DNA of 64,000 nucleotides from an uncultured virus (IMG/VR IMGVR_UViG_3300022200_000021) (lineage: Duplodnaviria > Heunggongvirae > Uroviricota > Caudoviricetes). The translations under genes and the position numbers were made by a program. The first letter of the stretch is position 1. Every line of letters begins with the position of its first letter. The stretch lies in IMG/VR virus record IMGVR_UViG_3300022200_000021; one strand, given 5' to 3'. This document shows positions 29,246 to 39,891 of this stretch, one piece after another. The notes beneath the pieces are model-generated. The model made no database searches. It was not told the origin of the DNA and saw only the letters and a list, made by a program, of their open reading frames with translations.

Positions 29246-29483
29246 TTTAAAAACTACATATAGCGACACGTGTGAAGTGTATAATGTTGATAAAAATCAA
29301 ACTGTCACAGCAGAAATATTAGATTTTTATCCAAAACAAACATTATCTGTAGCATTGCAACGAAGTTTAAAATTAGTTCTCAGATACAATGAGAAATTTG
29401 ATGAATATCAAGCATCAATGGCTGGCTTTAATCTTACTAGCAAAGGCCCAACTGAAACTGTAACATATCAAGGTAGAAAATAA
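29238..29483 (+). CDS. Hypothetical protein
   Basis: Coupled ORF, likely start 29238. Confidence 0.55.
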   Translation: MNNLKTTYSDTCEVYNVDKNQTVTAEILDFYPKQTLSVALQRSLKLVLRYNEKFDEYQASMAGFNLTSKGPTETVTYQGRK

Positions 29484-29484
29484 A

Positions 29485-30078
29485 ATGACTAATCTAGTAC
29501 CAATGGTAATCGAGCAAAGTCCACGTGGCGAACGTGCTATGGATATTTACAGTCGATTATTAAAAGATCGTATTGTAATGTTATGTAGCGAAGTTAATGA
29601 TCATGTTGCTAACTCTATTGTATCCCAATTGTTATTCTTAGAATCAGAAAATTCTGAAAAAGATATTTACTTGTATATTAATTCACCTGGTGGTGTAATT
29701 ACTTCAGGATTAAGCATTTATGACACTATGCAATTTATTAAACCAGATGTTCAAACTATTGTAATGGGTCAAGCATGTTCAATGGGCTCTTTTTTAGCGC
29801 AGGCAGGAGCACCGGGTAAACGTAAAATGCTACCTAATGCAAGACATTTAATTCATCAACCATTAGGAGGGGCACAAGGACAAGCAAGCGATATTGAAAT
29901 ACATGCTAAAGAAATTGTTAGAATGAAGAAAACATTAACAGAACTATATGTTAAGCATAATTCAAAAGGCAAAACATTTGATGAATTAGAACATGATATG
30001 AATCGTGATAATATTATGACTGCTGAACAAAGTTTAGAATATGGTTTAGTAGACGAAATTGTTATTAATAGAGGTTAA
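29485..30078 (+). CDS. clpP: Clp protease proteolytic subunit
   Basis: [22 protein letters not shown] (Ser), IHQPLGG (His), RDNIM (Asp). Confidence 0.98.
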   Translation: MTNLVPMVIEQSPRGERAMDIYSRLLKDRIVMLCSEVNDHVANSIVSQLLFLESENSEKDIYLYINSPGGVITSGLSIYDTMQFIKPDVQTIVMGQACSMGSFLAQAGAPGKRKMLPNARHLIHQPLGGAQGQASDIEIHAKEIVRMKKTLTELYVKHNSKGKTFDELEHDMNRDNIMTAEQSLEYGLVDEIVINRG

Positions 30079-30079
30079 T

Positions 30080-30370
30080 ATGTTAGAAGAAAAAGATTAT
30101 AAAGTAGCCAACTGTGATATCCCTTCATTACCAGACTTATCTGAAATATTACTTGAAAAAGTAGCGATAGTTACCTTTAAAAAGTTAGATGGTAGTAACC
30201 GTGTAATGACATGTACAAAATCACTTAATGTTATTCCAAAAGAACACCATCCAAAAACAAATAAAGAGCCAGCTCCTAATACAGTCAATGTTTGGGATCT
30301 CAATGCTAACGGCTGGAGAAGTTTTAAGTATGATCGAATTAATAATATTGTTTTTGAGGATGATAAATAG
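30080..30370 (+). CDS. WYL_2/SH3-barrel phage protein
   Basis: VTFKKLDGSNRVMTCT...VWDLNANGWRSFK. Confidence 0.75.
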   Translation: MLEEKDYKVANCDIPSLPDLSEILLEKVAIVTFKKLDGSNRVMTCTKSLNVIPKEHHPKTNKEPAPNTVNVWDLNANGWRSFKYDRINNIVFEDDK

Positions 30371-30403
30371 TAATGCAATGCTCCTTATTGTAGATATGGA
30401 TTT

Positions 30404-30574
30404 ATGAAACTTATAATTATTATACTATTATTATGTTTTACACAAGGATGTGCTTCTTTTCAGACGCAATATGAAAAGTATACCACTACTGAGTATATGC
30501 TTACTGTGAATTGTGTTTATAGTTACAGCGAGTTTGGCCCTTGCAAATTAGGGATTAAATATATCGGCGATTAA
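30404..30574 (+). CDS. Small lipoprotein-like protein (56 aa, not in track)
   Basis: MKLIIIILLLCFTQG-C lipobox-like signal. Confidence 0.5.
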   Translation: MKLIIIILLLCFTQGCASFQTQYEKYTTTEYMLTVNCVYSYSEFGPCKLGIKYIGD

Positions 30575-30587
30575 GATAAATAGATAT

Positions 30588-30968
30588 ATGATGGAAGATA
30601 TATTTAAAATGGAATTAGTTGCTCCTTACTTAGCAACCTTAATAGGATTAGTTATGTCTTTAGCCGTTAAAGACGTTTCAACATCGTTTGTTAAAGGTCT
30701 CTTATTTAAGTATAATCCTTTATTTAATGAAGGTGATACTGTACTAATTGACGACGAATACGCTATTATTGTAAAGATTGGTGTTAAATACTCAATATTT
30801 GGTGTAGTAAAGCCAGACGGTAATTATATTTGGAGGTTTGTACAAAACGATCAAATAAATTCATTAAAGCTGGAAAAGGTAGTAAGAGAACAAACTAAAG
30901 CAATTAATACCGAACCAGCTATAATGAAAGAAATTAGCGCACTTCTTAAAAGACGTAATTTTAAATAA
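30588..30968 (+). CDS. Small membrane protein with MscS-like beta domain
   Basis: TM segment followed by FNEGDTVLIDDEYAIIVKIG. Confidence 0.5.
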   Translation: MMEDIFKMELVAPYLATLIGLVMSLAVKDVSTSFVKGLLFKYNPLFNEGDTVLIDDEYAIIVKIGVKYSIFGVVKPDGNYIWRFVQNDQINSLKLEKVVREQTKAINTEPAIMKEISALLKRRNFK

Positions 30969-30976
30969 TATCTAGT

Positions 30977-31822
30977 TCACTTAAATAGGGTAAACCCAAC
31001 TACAGTATTAGCACCTTTTTGTAAAATTTGTGTACCAATATCTTTAATAGTAGAGCCAGAGGTTGCTTTGTCATCAACTACTAATATATTAGCTCCAGTA
31101 AAACCAAACATTTCATTTATTTCAATAAAATTGGAGATAAATCTTCTCCAATGACCACCATTTCTCATTGCTTTTATATTAAACGGTTTACCATTTTGTT
31201 TGTCAATTTCTCTGCGTAACTCTTCTCTTTCTTTTTCTGGTAAATTACCTGAAATTTTAATTCTGGAAGTGTCAGTAGTTTTCTTAGCAACATCTCGATG
31301 ATACACTATTACATTAGGATAAACATCACGAATTGCTTCGGCATAATCATGTGCAAGACTAGATGAAGAAGGTGCAACAACAATCGCATCAAAATATGGA
31401 AACCCATTATTACTTGATATAATTTTCATAGCTTTTGCAGTATAATCAGCACATGCAGAAAGCAAATTAGTATATTGCTCGTCATTACCGACCATTTTAT
31501 TTTTAATTAAATTAACAATACTGTCTTTTGTTTTTTTTGCATCTAACGATGTACTATAACATGAATATACTTTAAAAGATGATTGGTGTGGAGTTAACTC
31601 GTACGGGGTATTTTTTGCATCTTTTCCAAAACGAGTAGAAATTTGTGGTTTATCATATTCGGGATTTTTCTTTTTAAATTTACTGCCTGTAGATGCAGGA
31701 ATCATTTTTAAAGGCATTGCAGTAGGTTTCATATCGATATCAGCATAATTTTCCTCCTCACCTTGATCATCGACTCTAGTTTTTTTAATTATATTTTCAA
31801 ATAATATATCTAACTTTCTCAT
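30977..31822 (-). CDS. Type I phosphoribosyltransferase-domain protein
   Basis: ILVVDDKATSGSTI PRPP-binding loop; VVAPSSS. Confidence 0.8.
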   Translation of the reverse strand: MRKLDILFENIIKKTRVDDQGEEENYADIDMKPTAMPLKMIPASTGSKFKKKNPEYDKPQISTRFGKDAKNTPYELTPHQSSFKVYSCYSTSLDAKKTKDSIVNLIKNKMVGNDEQYTNLLSACADYTAKAMKIISSNNGFPYFDAIVVAPSSSSLAHDYAEAIRDVYPNVIVYHRDVAKKTTDTSRIKISGNLPEKEREELRREIDKQNGKPFNIKAMRNGGHWRRFISNFIEINEMFGFTGANILVVDDKATSGSTIKDIGTQILQKGANTVVGFTLFK

Positions 31823-31851
31823 TTGACTTCCTTATAAAATAAATATATAAT
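31823..31851 (+). promoter_or_regulatory. Sigma70-type promoter
   Basis: TTGACT-17 nt-TATAAT. Confidence 0.8.
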
Positions 31852-31889
31852 ATATACAAAGTATATTTATGTTATAACACGGAGTTTTT

Positions 31890-32231
31890 ATGAAAACTAT
31901 AGTCGCTGGTGGAAGAGACTTTACAGATTTTAACTTTTTATCAACTATATTAGATAAAAAAGCAAATTCAATTACAGAAATCGTATGCGGCGGTGCTAAA
32001 GGTGCTGATGCAATGGGTAAAAAGTGGGCAGAATTGCGTAATGTTCCTGTAAAAATGTTCCCTGCAGATTGGAAAAGATACGGCAGAGGCGCAGGTCCTA
32101 AGCGTAATACAGAAATGGCAAACTATGCTGAACAATTAATTGCATTTTGGGACGGTGAATCAAAAGGAACTAAACATATGATTAATCAAGCTAAAAAACT
32201 TGGATTAGAAGTTCAAATTATAAATTATTAA
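31890..32231 (+). CDS. SLOG-family (YspA/DUF2493-like) protein
   Basis: IVAGGRDF, CGGAKGAD, AGPKRN, FWDGESKGT. Confidence 0.88.
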   Translation: MKTIVAGGRDFTDFNFLSTILDKKANSITEIVCGGAKGADAMGKKWAELRNVPVKMFPADWKRYGRGAGPKRNTEMANYAEQLIAFWDGESKGTKHMINQAKKLGLEVQIINY

Positions 32232-32245
32232 CTTAGTACAACTAT

Positions 32246-33268
32246 ATGAAAAATTATTACAGTTTATTACACCAGGTGTTGCAATATGGAAATCATATTG
32301 ATAACGATAGGACTTCTGTCGGAACACTTAGTTTGTTTGGACAACAGTTGACGTTTGATTTGCAAAATAATCAATTCCCGTTACTTAGTGGAAAATACAC
32401 ATCATTTAAATTAATCGCGGGTGAGTTATTATGGATGTTATCAGGATCAACGAATAACGAAGATCTTGCCAAAATTTGTAATTTAAAAGAAAATCAAGAC
32501 ACTATATGGAAAGAATGGGCAGTATATGATAATAATCATTCAGGTGAATTAGGCCCAATTTACGGACATCAATGGAGATCATGGAAAACTCCAAACGGGC
32601 AAACAATAGATCAAATAGAACAAGTTATTCAATCATTAATTGAAAGACCAGCAAGTAGACGACATATTGTGTCAGCATGGAATGTAGCAGACTTACCAGA
32701 TGAAACACAATCCCCACACAATAATGTATTAAATGGTAAAATGGCATTAGCTCCATGCCACTGTTTTTTTCAGTTTTATACTAGTCAAATTCCTACAATT
32801 GAAAGAGCTAGGCTAACAAACGACACCGAATATGTTGATATGGTAAGAGATCGATTATCAAAATGTAGTAGTGTTGTGTTAAAAACAGAAGAATACATAA
32901 TTAATATGGATTTGGATGAAAGGAATATTCCAAGATATGCACTTTCTTGTCAATTGTATCAAAGATCTTCAGATTTGTTTTTAGGATTGCCATATAATAT
33001 TGCTAGTTATTCCTTGCTAACGTATATGATTGCACATATAACAAATATGATCCCCCATACATTTATTTGGACAGGAGGTGATTGCCACATATATAAGAAT
33101 CACATCGAACAAGTTACGGAGTTATTGTCTAGGGATACATACAATTTATCTGATCCAAAACTATATATAACAAACACTGTTAATAATATTAATGATTTTA
33201 AGTTATCCGATTTTAATGTTGTTAATTATAATCCATTAGGAAAAATTTCTGCTCCTGTAGCAGTATAG
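32246..33268 (+). CDS. thyA: Thymidylate synthase
   Basis: DRTSVGT, ELLW, LGPIYGHQWR, ALAPCH, YQRSSDLFLGLPYN, HIY. Confidence 0.97.
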   Translation: MKNYYSLLHQVLQYGNHIDNDRTSVGTLSLFGQQLTFDLQNNQFPLLSGKYTSFKLIAGELLWMLSGSTNNEDLAKICNLKENQDTIWKEWAVYDNNHSGELGPIYGHQWRSWKTPNGQTIDQIEQVIQSLIERPASRRHIVSAWNVADLPDETQSPHNNVLNGKMALAPCHCFFQFYTSQIPTIERARLTNDTEYVDMVRDRLSKCSSVVLKTEEYIINMDLDERNIPRYALSCQLYQRSSDLFLGLPYNIASYSLLTYMIAHITNMIPHTFIWTGGDCHIYKNHIEQVTELLSRDTYNLSDPKLYITNTVNNINDFKLSDFNVVNYNPLGKISAPVAV

Positions 33269-33269
33269 C

Positions 33270-33476
33270 GTGACTACTATGTTTATAGATGTTATAATAA
33301 CTATAGTATTATCATTTTCCATTGGAGCATTGCTAGTTTCAGATACAGTTATAGATTTAATTTTTATGTTAAGATTAGCAAGTTCGTTTTTATATACAGA
33401 ATATGCCCTATATAAATCTATAGGTAAAATATTAAAACATCATAGACTAACCCATAAGAGATTATACAAAAAATGA
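33270..33476 (+). CDS. Small membrane protein
   Basis: Hydrophobic ORF filling the gap between genes. Confidence 0.4.
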   Translation: MTTMFIDVIITIVLSFSIGALLVSDTVIDLIFMLRLASSFLYTEYALYKSIGKILKHHRLTHKRLYKK

Positions 33477-34246
33477 AAGTAAGAATAGAATCAGATTTAC
33501 ATTTAGAATGGTATGATAAAGAACCATTTTGTTTAGACAGTTCAGAAGATGAACAAAATACTATACTAATTCTAGCAGGAGATATTTGCATTTTATCCAA
33601 AATTAAAAAGTTTGAATATTTTTTTAATGATGTAACTACACGATTTAAACATGTTTTATATGTATTTGGTAATCATGAATTTTATAAAGGTTCAGTTAAA
33701 CTAGTTAATGATTATATTAGTCAATTGAGCTATCCTAATTTAACTGTACTTAATCGATCTTACATTGACATTGAAAACTACCGATTTTTAGGTAGTACTA
33801 TGTGGTCGGACTATAATAACTATGATGAATTAACTGCGTTTATAGTTAGAAAACGAATGAATGATTTTCACTGTATTAGAACAGGATCATATGGAGTGCC
33901 ATATATGAGAAAATTTGATCCTAAAGATGCATTTGTTGAATTTAATAAAACTATTGAGTTTTTTAAAAAATCGTACTCAACTGAGCATACTAATATTGTA
34001 ATTACACATCATGCTCCTAGTTTTAAATCAATTGCAGAAAAATTTAAAAATTCATCAATTAATCACGGTTATTGTTCAGATTTGTCCGAACATATATTAC
34101 AGTATAACCCAAAGTTATGGATTCACGGACATATACATGAATCAGTGAGTTATGAAATTGGAAATACTCAAATTGAAAGTAATCCCAAAGGATATCCCGG
34201 TGAGCTTAAAGATACTAGTTATTTTACTAAAGTACTTGAAATTTAG
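33473..34246 (+). CDS. Calcineurin-like metallophosphoesterase
   Basis: SDLH, AGD, GNHE, THH, HGHIH. Confidence 0.92.
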   Translation: MKVRIESDLHLEWYDKEPFCLDSSEDEQNTILILAGDICILSKIKKFEYFFNDVTTRFKHVLYVFGNHEFYKGSVKLVNDYISQLSYPNLTVLNRSYIDIENYRFLGSTMWSDYNNYDELTAFIVRKRMNDFHCIRTGSYGVPYMRKFDPKDAFVEFNKTIEFFKKSYSTEHTNIVITHHAPSFKSIAEKFKNSSINHGYCSDLSEHILQYNPKLWIHGHIHESVSYEIGNTQIESNPKGYPGELKDTSYFTKVLEI

Positions 34247-34370
34247 CATTAGTTGTTATTGTGCGTAAATCTAATACTATCTGGATTGAAATTAAAATAC
34301 TATACGTTTTCAAAATAGTACCGATTGTTTTAATTTCATTATTTCCACAGTTTAAAAAAAATAAATAGCT

Positions 34371-34685
34371 ATGAAAAGAGAAAAACCTACGGTTGGAATA
34401 TCAACTTCTGCTGAATACGATAATGCAATTTGTTTTACAGTACAATGTGATTGCATGTCACACGAGCATTCAATAAATACATGGGTTGAAGTTAATGCTG
34501 AAAAAGATTTGCAGTGTGTGGAAGTAAGTTTTTATGTTCAAAAACAGTTTACATTTTTTGAAAAACTTAAATTCTTGTTTAGTGGTTCAAACACTATCGA
34601 TCATGAAATTATATTATCTAAACAAACAGCATTAAATTGGATATCTGCAGTTAAAGATGCTCTTGACTTTTTAGAGGAAAAATAA
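34371..34685 (+). CDS. Hypothetical protein
   Basis: ORF with CDC..H. Confidence 0.55.
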   Translation: MKREKPTVGISTSAEYDNAICFTVQCDCMSHEHSINTWVEVNAEKDLQCVEVSFYVQKQFTFFEKLKFLFSGSNTIDHEIILSKQTALNWISAVKDALDFLEEK

Positions 34686-35317
34686 TGAAAGTGTATGTAG
34701 GCCCATATATAACTTGGATAGGTCCGTATCAATTAGCAGAAATGTTAATGTGGTGGTATCCTAAACAAACTGACGAGTATGGTATTAAATGTTCAGCAGA
34801 TTGTGTTCATAAGTTCGGTGACTGGCTTGCTTATGGATTTAAAGAACGGATTGAAAGTAATCAAACAATATTGTATAACTTTTTAGAGTGGATACATTCT
34901 AAAAAGAAACAAAAAGTAAAAGTAAAAATAGATAAGTATGATACATGGTCTGCTGATGTAACTTTGGCGCATATCATTGTACCGTTACTTATTGAACTAA
35001 AAAAGGAAAAACATGGAGCTCCATTTGTTGATAATGATGATGTTCCAGATAACTTACGGAATAAAAATGAAAATCAACAATTTGACGATGTTGACGACAA
35101 CTGGTTTTTAAGGTGGGATTGGATCATAGATGAAATGATTTGGGCATTTCAGCAAAAATTAATCGATGGAGAAGATGAGTTTTTTAAAGAACTACCTAGT
35201 ACATCGGACAAACCTTTTAACTTTGAAATTGATAAGGAGAATCTAGATAAGTATCATGAACGAATTAATAATGGTCTTAGATTATTTGGTAAATATTATC
35301 ATTCCCTATGGACTTAA
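34685..35317 (+). CDS. Conserved T4-like phage hypothetical protein
   Basis: IDKYDTWSADVTLAHII, WDWIIDEMIWAF, GLRLFGKYYHSLW. Confidence 0.65.
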   Translation: MKVYVGPYITWIGPYQLAEMLMWWYPKQTDEYGIKCSADCVHKFGDWLAYGFKERIESNQTILYNFLEWIHSKKKQKVKVKIDKYDTWSADVTLAHIIVPLLIELKKEKHGAPFVDNDDVPDNLRNKNENQQFDDVDDNWFLRWDWIIDEMIWAFQQKLIDGEDEFFKELPSTSDKPFNFEIDKENLDKYHERINNGLRLFGKYYHSLWT

Positions 35318-35339
35318 ACTACTTAACAATAGAGACACA

Positions 35340-35573
35340 ATGAAACAAACAATTAGAGCACTAAAAGAAAAAATTAAACTGAAACAACGAATTAAATCTC
35401 GTAGATTAAACGATTTAGAATTAATGATTAGAGAAAATCGACATAGCGAAATGCGATATGCAACAGTTATAAGCTCCTACGATATGGATATTAACAAGTT
35501 AAATGATGATATTAAATGGGTTAAATTTATATATTATTGTAATACTGGAAAGTTATTAGATGATAACGAATAA
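35340..35573 (+). CDS. Hypothetical protein
   Basis: Likely start 35340. Confidence 0.45.
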   Translation: MKQTIRALKEKIKLKQRIKSRRLNDLELMIRENRHSEMRYATVISSYDMDINKLNDDIKWVKFIYYCNTGKLLDDNE

Positions 35574-35626
35574 TACTCGATCAAATTTACATTTACTAAC
35601 ACATAAACGATATTTTTTAAAAACAG

Positions 35627-35655
35627 TTGACATAATATTAACAAACATGTATAAT
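35627..35655 (+). promoter_or_regulatory. Sigma70-type promoter
   Basis: TTGACA-17 nt-TATAAT, perfect consensus. Confidence 0.88.
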
Positions 35656-35686
35656 ATAGTTTTTAACAAAATAAAAAAATAACTGT

Positions 35687-35980
35687 ATGAATACTACAGA
35701 TTCTTATGAAAAGTATGCGATAGATAAAATAGGGTATTTGTTAGATGATGAAATGATGCAAGAAATTCCTATGGAAGATCGTTTAGAAATTTTAGTTGCA
35801 TTATCTATAGCAATGCTAGATACTGAATATGAAGATAATTTTAGGATTTTTCCTAATACATATAATGGACATAAACAATACACAAAAATAAAAAATGAAG
35901 GTTGCTGTGGGTTTTTTGACAGTCAAATGAGATGTAAAAGTGGAAAATCATATTTATACGGGTTTAACTACGGGCATTAA
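35687..35980 (+). CDS. Hypothetical protein
   Basis: GCCGFFD...GFNYGH C-terminus. Confidence 0.6.
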   Translation: MNTTDSYEKYAIDKIGYLLDDEMMQEIPMEDRLEILVALSIAMLDTEYEDNFRIFPNTYNGHKQYTKIKNEGCCGFFDSQMRCKSGKSYLYGFNYGH

Positions 35981-36077
35981 ACAATGGAATTATTTATAGG
36001 GTGGATGCTAATTTCTTTTATATTAGGGTTCATTATTGGTAGAATTGTAACAATTCAAAAATTTTAATTGGAGAAAT

Positions 36078-36218
36078 ATGATGAAAATAGGTTCTAAAGG
36101 TTCAAAAGTTTCAGTAGAAGGTATGTCAACTGAAAAACTTCTTAACTTTAAAGGTAGAAAAAAGGATCAAGTTAAAATTAATAAAGAACTTCGTAAAAGA
36201 CAGGCAACACGTGCGTGA
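36078..36218 (+). CDS. Small basic protein (46 aa, not in track)
   Basis: GGAG RBS; MMKIGSKGSKVSVEGMSTEKLL... Confidence 0.5.
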   Translation: MMKIGSKGSKVSVEGMSTEKLLNFKGRKKDQVKINKELRKRQATRA

Positions 36219-36375
36219 ACTTTGTACATATTAGCCAATATTTAATAAACATTAACCAAGTATTTGCTATTAAAGAGTGGGTTGAAGAAGAATCAAATGT
36301 TAAATATACTCGATTTTTTTACAATCCACACGATTTTGTTGATGTTAAAGGGCATTGGATAAATTACATTAATAA

Positions 36376-36687
36376 TCACATTAAAGAGTTGTAAAATCCA
36401 GCTATTAGATTTAATTCATTTAATGATGCATTATTTTTTAACTTGTTAGCTCTATAGCTAATGACAATAATATTGTCAATTTCATACCCTTTAGTAGAAT
36501 CAATTCGATCAATGGAATACGAATTATCTTTTGGATTTCCAGTATTCCATTGTAATTTTATACCTAACACTGGACACGTTAACGGAAATGATAAGTTATT
36601 TAGATCTGTTAATGTTAGCGAAAATGGAATATTTCTTTTTTTTGCTGAATTTTTTAAATGATTATATAATTCTTTAATTTCTTTCAT
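36376..36687 (-). CDS. Small HNH-like endonuclease
   Basis: CPVLG...SIDRIDSTKGY..DNIIVIS..ANKLK. Confidence 0.7.
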   Translation of the reverse strand: MKEIKELYNHLKNSAKKRNIPFSLTLTDLNNLSFPLTCPVLGIKLQWNTGNPKDNSYSIDRIDSTKGYEIDNIIVISYRANKLKNNASLNELNLIAGFYNSLM

Positions 36688-36870
36688 AATATGACAAATA
36701 CTGAACTTGTAAATACACTTTTAATAATGTCAGTTAATTATTCAAACAACGAATCGTTGTCGATGTTATTGATTCTTGCCGCTGAACGAATCGAATCACT
36801 ACAACAAGAATTAAATATCAATTAACTATAGCCTTACATACATCACACTACTATTTATAGGATCGCTACT

Positions 36871-38172
36871 ATGCATACTTTGCCACACGAAATAATTAAA
36901 AATTTAGAATCAAATAATTCTAGACTTGCAAAAGAATCTATTTTAACACTTGCAATGAATGAGAATGTGGATACATTTTTTTCAGGTTTAAAAATGTGCT
37001 TGGATCCATTATTCACGTTTGGGATCAAACAAGTACCAGAGTCAACAGTTGATGGGCAGGGATTAGCATGGAATGTATTTGAAGATTTAGCAAACAAGTT
37101 AAATAATAGAGAATTAACAGGATATGCTGCTCGTGATGCAATTAAATTGTGCATGGATGTTGCAACTACAGTAGAATGGAATATGTGGTACAGACGCATT
37201 TTAACTAAAGATTTAAAATGTGGAGTTAGTGTAAAAACAGTTAATAAAGTAACTAAAACGTACCCAAAATATTCAATACCTGTATTTTCATGTCAATTAG
37301 CACATGACGGTGCTAATCACGAAAAAAAACTAAGTGGCAATAAACTAATCGAAGTTAAATTAGATGGCGTTAGGGTTATAACTGTTGTCAGGACAAACGG
37401 CATTGTAACAATGTATAGCCGAAATGGTAAAGAATTACAAAACTTTCCTAGAATAGCAAAATGGTTTAAAAATCATATTTCTTCACAGCTAACAGAAGAC
37501 ACTGTGTTTGATGGAGAAGTGATGAGTTCAACCTTTCAAGATCTAATGAAACAAGTACATCGAAAAACAAATGTTCAAACAAATGATGCAGTACTATATC
37601 TGTTTGATGTAATTAGTTTGAAAGATTTTAAAAATGGAAAGTCATTAGTTCCTCAAAAAGATAGGTCAACTAACTTATCGAGATTATCAAAATTGTTTAA
37701 TGATGAAATTATTCGAATAGTTGGAAATGAAGAAGTAGATTTAGATACACCTAATGGAAGTGATAGATTTAAAGAAATTAATCAATCAGCAATCGAGTTA
37801 GGATACGAAGGTATTATGGTAAAAGATCCTGATGCACCGTATGAATGTAAAAGAACACATTCGTGGCTAAAAATAAAACCATTTATTGAAGTTACATTAA
37901 ATGTTATTTCTGTTGAGGAAGGAACAGGTAAAAATATAGGAAGATTAGGTGCGTTAGTATGTGAAGGGATTGATAGTGGGAAAATTATTAAAGTTAATGT
38001 TGGATCTGGATTTACAGATGAGCAGAGAAATGATATATGGAACACTAATGTTATAGGGCATATGGTGGAAGTTCGTGCAGATGCAATAACTCAAAATCAA
38101 GATAGTACATACTCGCTACGATTTCCAAGATTTAAAACATTTAGAGGTTTTGAAATAGGCGAAAAGATTTAA
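36871..38172 (+). CDS. ATP-dependent DNA ligase
   Basis: EVKLDGVR, FDGE, EGIMVK, WLKIK, VGSG, SLRFPRF. Confidence 0.96.
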   Translation: MHTLPHEIIKNLESNNSRLAKESILTLAMNENVDTFFSGLKMCLDPLFTFGIKQVPESTVDGQGLAWNVFEDLANKLNNRELTGYAARDAIKLCMDVATTVEWNMWYRRILTKDLKCGVSVKTVNKVTKTYPKYSIPVFSCQLAHDGANHEKKLSGNKLIEVKLDGVRVITVVRTNGIVTMYSRNGKELQNFPRIAKWFKNHISSQLTEDTVFDGEVMSSTFQDLMKQVHRKTNVQTNDAVLYLFDVISLKDFKNGKSLVPQKDRSTNLSRLSKLFNDEIIRIVGNEEVDLDTPNGSDRFKEINQSAIELGYEGIMVKDPDAPYECKRTHSWLKIKPFIEVTLNVISVEEGTGKNIGRLGALVCEGIDSGKIIKVNVGSGFTDEQRNDIWNTNVIGHMVEVRADAITQNQDSTYSLRFPRFKTFRGFEIGEKI

Positions 38173-38180
38173 AAATAATT

Positions 38181-38924
38181 ATGAGACATTATAAAAGTAT
38201 TTTTATTTCAGATGTTCATTTAGGAACACGGGGTTGTCAAGCTGATGCTTTGTGTCTTTTTTTGAAAAATAATACATCTGATAATTTATTTCTAGTAGGT
38301 GATATAATTGACGGGTGGAAATTACGAAAAAAATGGTTCTTTCCACAATCGCATGCTAATGTTATTCGACGTATATTAACATTAGCAAAAAAAGGTACTA
38401 ATGTTTATTATATTATCGGAAATCATGACGAGGGAATTCGTAAATTTTTAAACTACGACATTAACATAGGAAGTATTCAAATTATAAACAGCTACGACTA
38501 TACAGGTGTTGATAATAAAAGATACCTTGTAGTTCATGGAGATATATTTGATAAATTAATGATAGATAAGTATAAGTGGATGATGCACTTAGGCGATACG
38601 TTGTATGAATTACTAATATGGGTGAATATTCATTTTAATTCGATTAGAAAACTTTTAGGATTAAAGTATTGGAGTTTAAGCAAATGGCTTAAAGATAATA
38701 CTAAGCAAGCTGTTAATTTTATCAATAAGTATGAAAATTATATTGCAGATTATTGCATTGAGAACAATTATAATGGAATAATTTGTGGACATATACATCA
38801 TGCAGAAATTAAAAAAATTAATGGTGTATTATATATGAACGACGGAGATTGGGTTGAAAGTGCCACAGCCTTACTTGAACATACAGATGGCACTTGGGAA
38901 ATTTACTATGACTCTAGCAAATAA
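38181..38924 (+). CDS. LpxH-like metallophosphoesterase (UDP-2,3-diacylglucosamine hydrolase family)
   Basis: SDVHLG, GDIID, GNHD, HGD, CGHIH, NDGDWVES. Confidence 0.85.
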   Translation: MRHYKSIFISDVHLGTRGCQADALCLFLKNNTSDNLFLVGDIIDGWKLRKKWFFPQSHANVIRRILTLAKKGTNVYYIIGNHDEGIRKFLNYDINIGSIQIINSYDYTGVDNKRYLVVHGDIFDKLMIDKYKWMMHLGDTLYELLIWVNIHFNSIRKLLGLKYWSLSKWLKDNTKQAVNFINKYENYIADYCIENNYNGIICGHIHHAEIKKINGVLYMNDGDWVESATALLEHTDGTWEIYYDSSK

Positions 38925-39621
38925 AATAACAATTGTTGTACCGTGTAAAAATGAAAGAGATTATATTCACAATCTTTTAAATAGTTTAAAAAAACAAAAA
39001 GAAATAGAAGGAGTTCGTATTATTATTGCCGATGCTTCGACGGATAATACTAGAGAAATAATTAAAAAATATAAAGGTGATTTACGGGTTGAAGTAATTC
39101 AAGGTGGTCCTGTATCAATTGCTAAGAATAATGGTGCAGCATTAGTTAAAACTCCTTATATACTTTTTATAGATGCTGATGTTATTTTCTTTAACTCTAA
39201 TACAATATACGATGCAGTACAAGCACTAGAAACTAAAAATTTAGATTTAGTCGGATTAAACATTAAATGTTATGATAATGATTTTAGAACTATTATAGGA
39301 TTTAAAATTTTCAATGTTATTAATAATATTATGAAATATAAAGTCCCATTTGCTGTAGGAGCGTTTATGCTTACTAGAAAAACAATCTTTGATAACTTAG
39401 GCGGCTTTCCTGCAAAATATTCTACTAGTGAAGATTTTTTTCTATCAAGAATGTATAATCCTAAGAAATTCAAAATTCTCAACCACTATTTTGGACAGGA
39501 TAGCAGACGATTTAAGAAAATGGGATATCTTGGAATGACTATATATCTTATTAAAAATTTCATAAATCGCAATAATGAAACGTACTGGACTAATTTAGAT
39601 AATAGAAAATACTGGGAATAA
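38908..39621 (+). CDS. Family 2 glycosyltransferase
   Basis: IVVPCKNE, STDNT, FIDAD, GGF, ED; likely start 38908. Confidence 0.88.
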   Translation: MTLANKITIVVPCKNERDYIHNLLNSLKKQKEIEGVRIIIADASTDNTREIIKKYKGDLRVEVIQGGPVSIAKNNGAALVKTPYILFIDADVIFFNSNTIYDAVQALETKNLDLVGLNIKCYDNDFRTIIGFKIFNVINNIMKYKVPFAVGAFMLTRKTIFDNLGGFPAKYSTSEDFFLSRMYNPKKFKILNHYFGQDSRRFKKMGYLGMTIYLIKNFINRNNETYWTNLDNRKYWE

Positions 39622-39627
39622 TATAGA

Positions 39628-39891
39628 ATGAAATCTAAGGAACAACAAATTAATCAATTGATAGCACTATTAAACAAATATGACGATAATATACATAATT
39701 TTAAATTAGGTGTATGTATTAATCGAGAAATTAAATTTTTTTTCGAGTTTAATAATTTTTCCATGTCAGGCTATTTAACAATTGATGTAGCAGTTGAATC
39801 AGCACATGAATATTTAAAATCAGTATGTCAGCAGCATTTAAAATTTGAACAAATGCGTGACGAATATAACAAAGTAATTCACTCGAGCTAA
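39628..39891 (+). CDS. Hypothetical protein
   Basis: ORF. Confidence 0.5.
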   Translation: MKSKEQQINQLIALLNKYDDNIHNFKLGVCINREIKFFFEFNNFSMSGYLTIDVAVESAHEYLKSVCQQHLKFEQMRDEYNKVIHSS

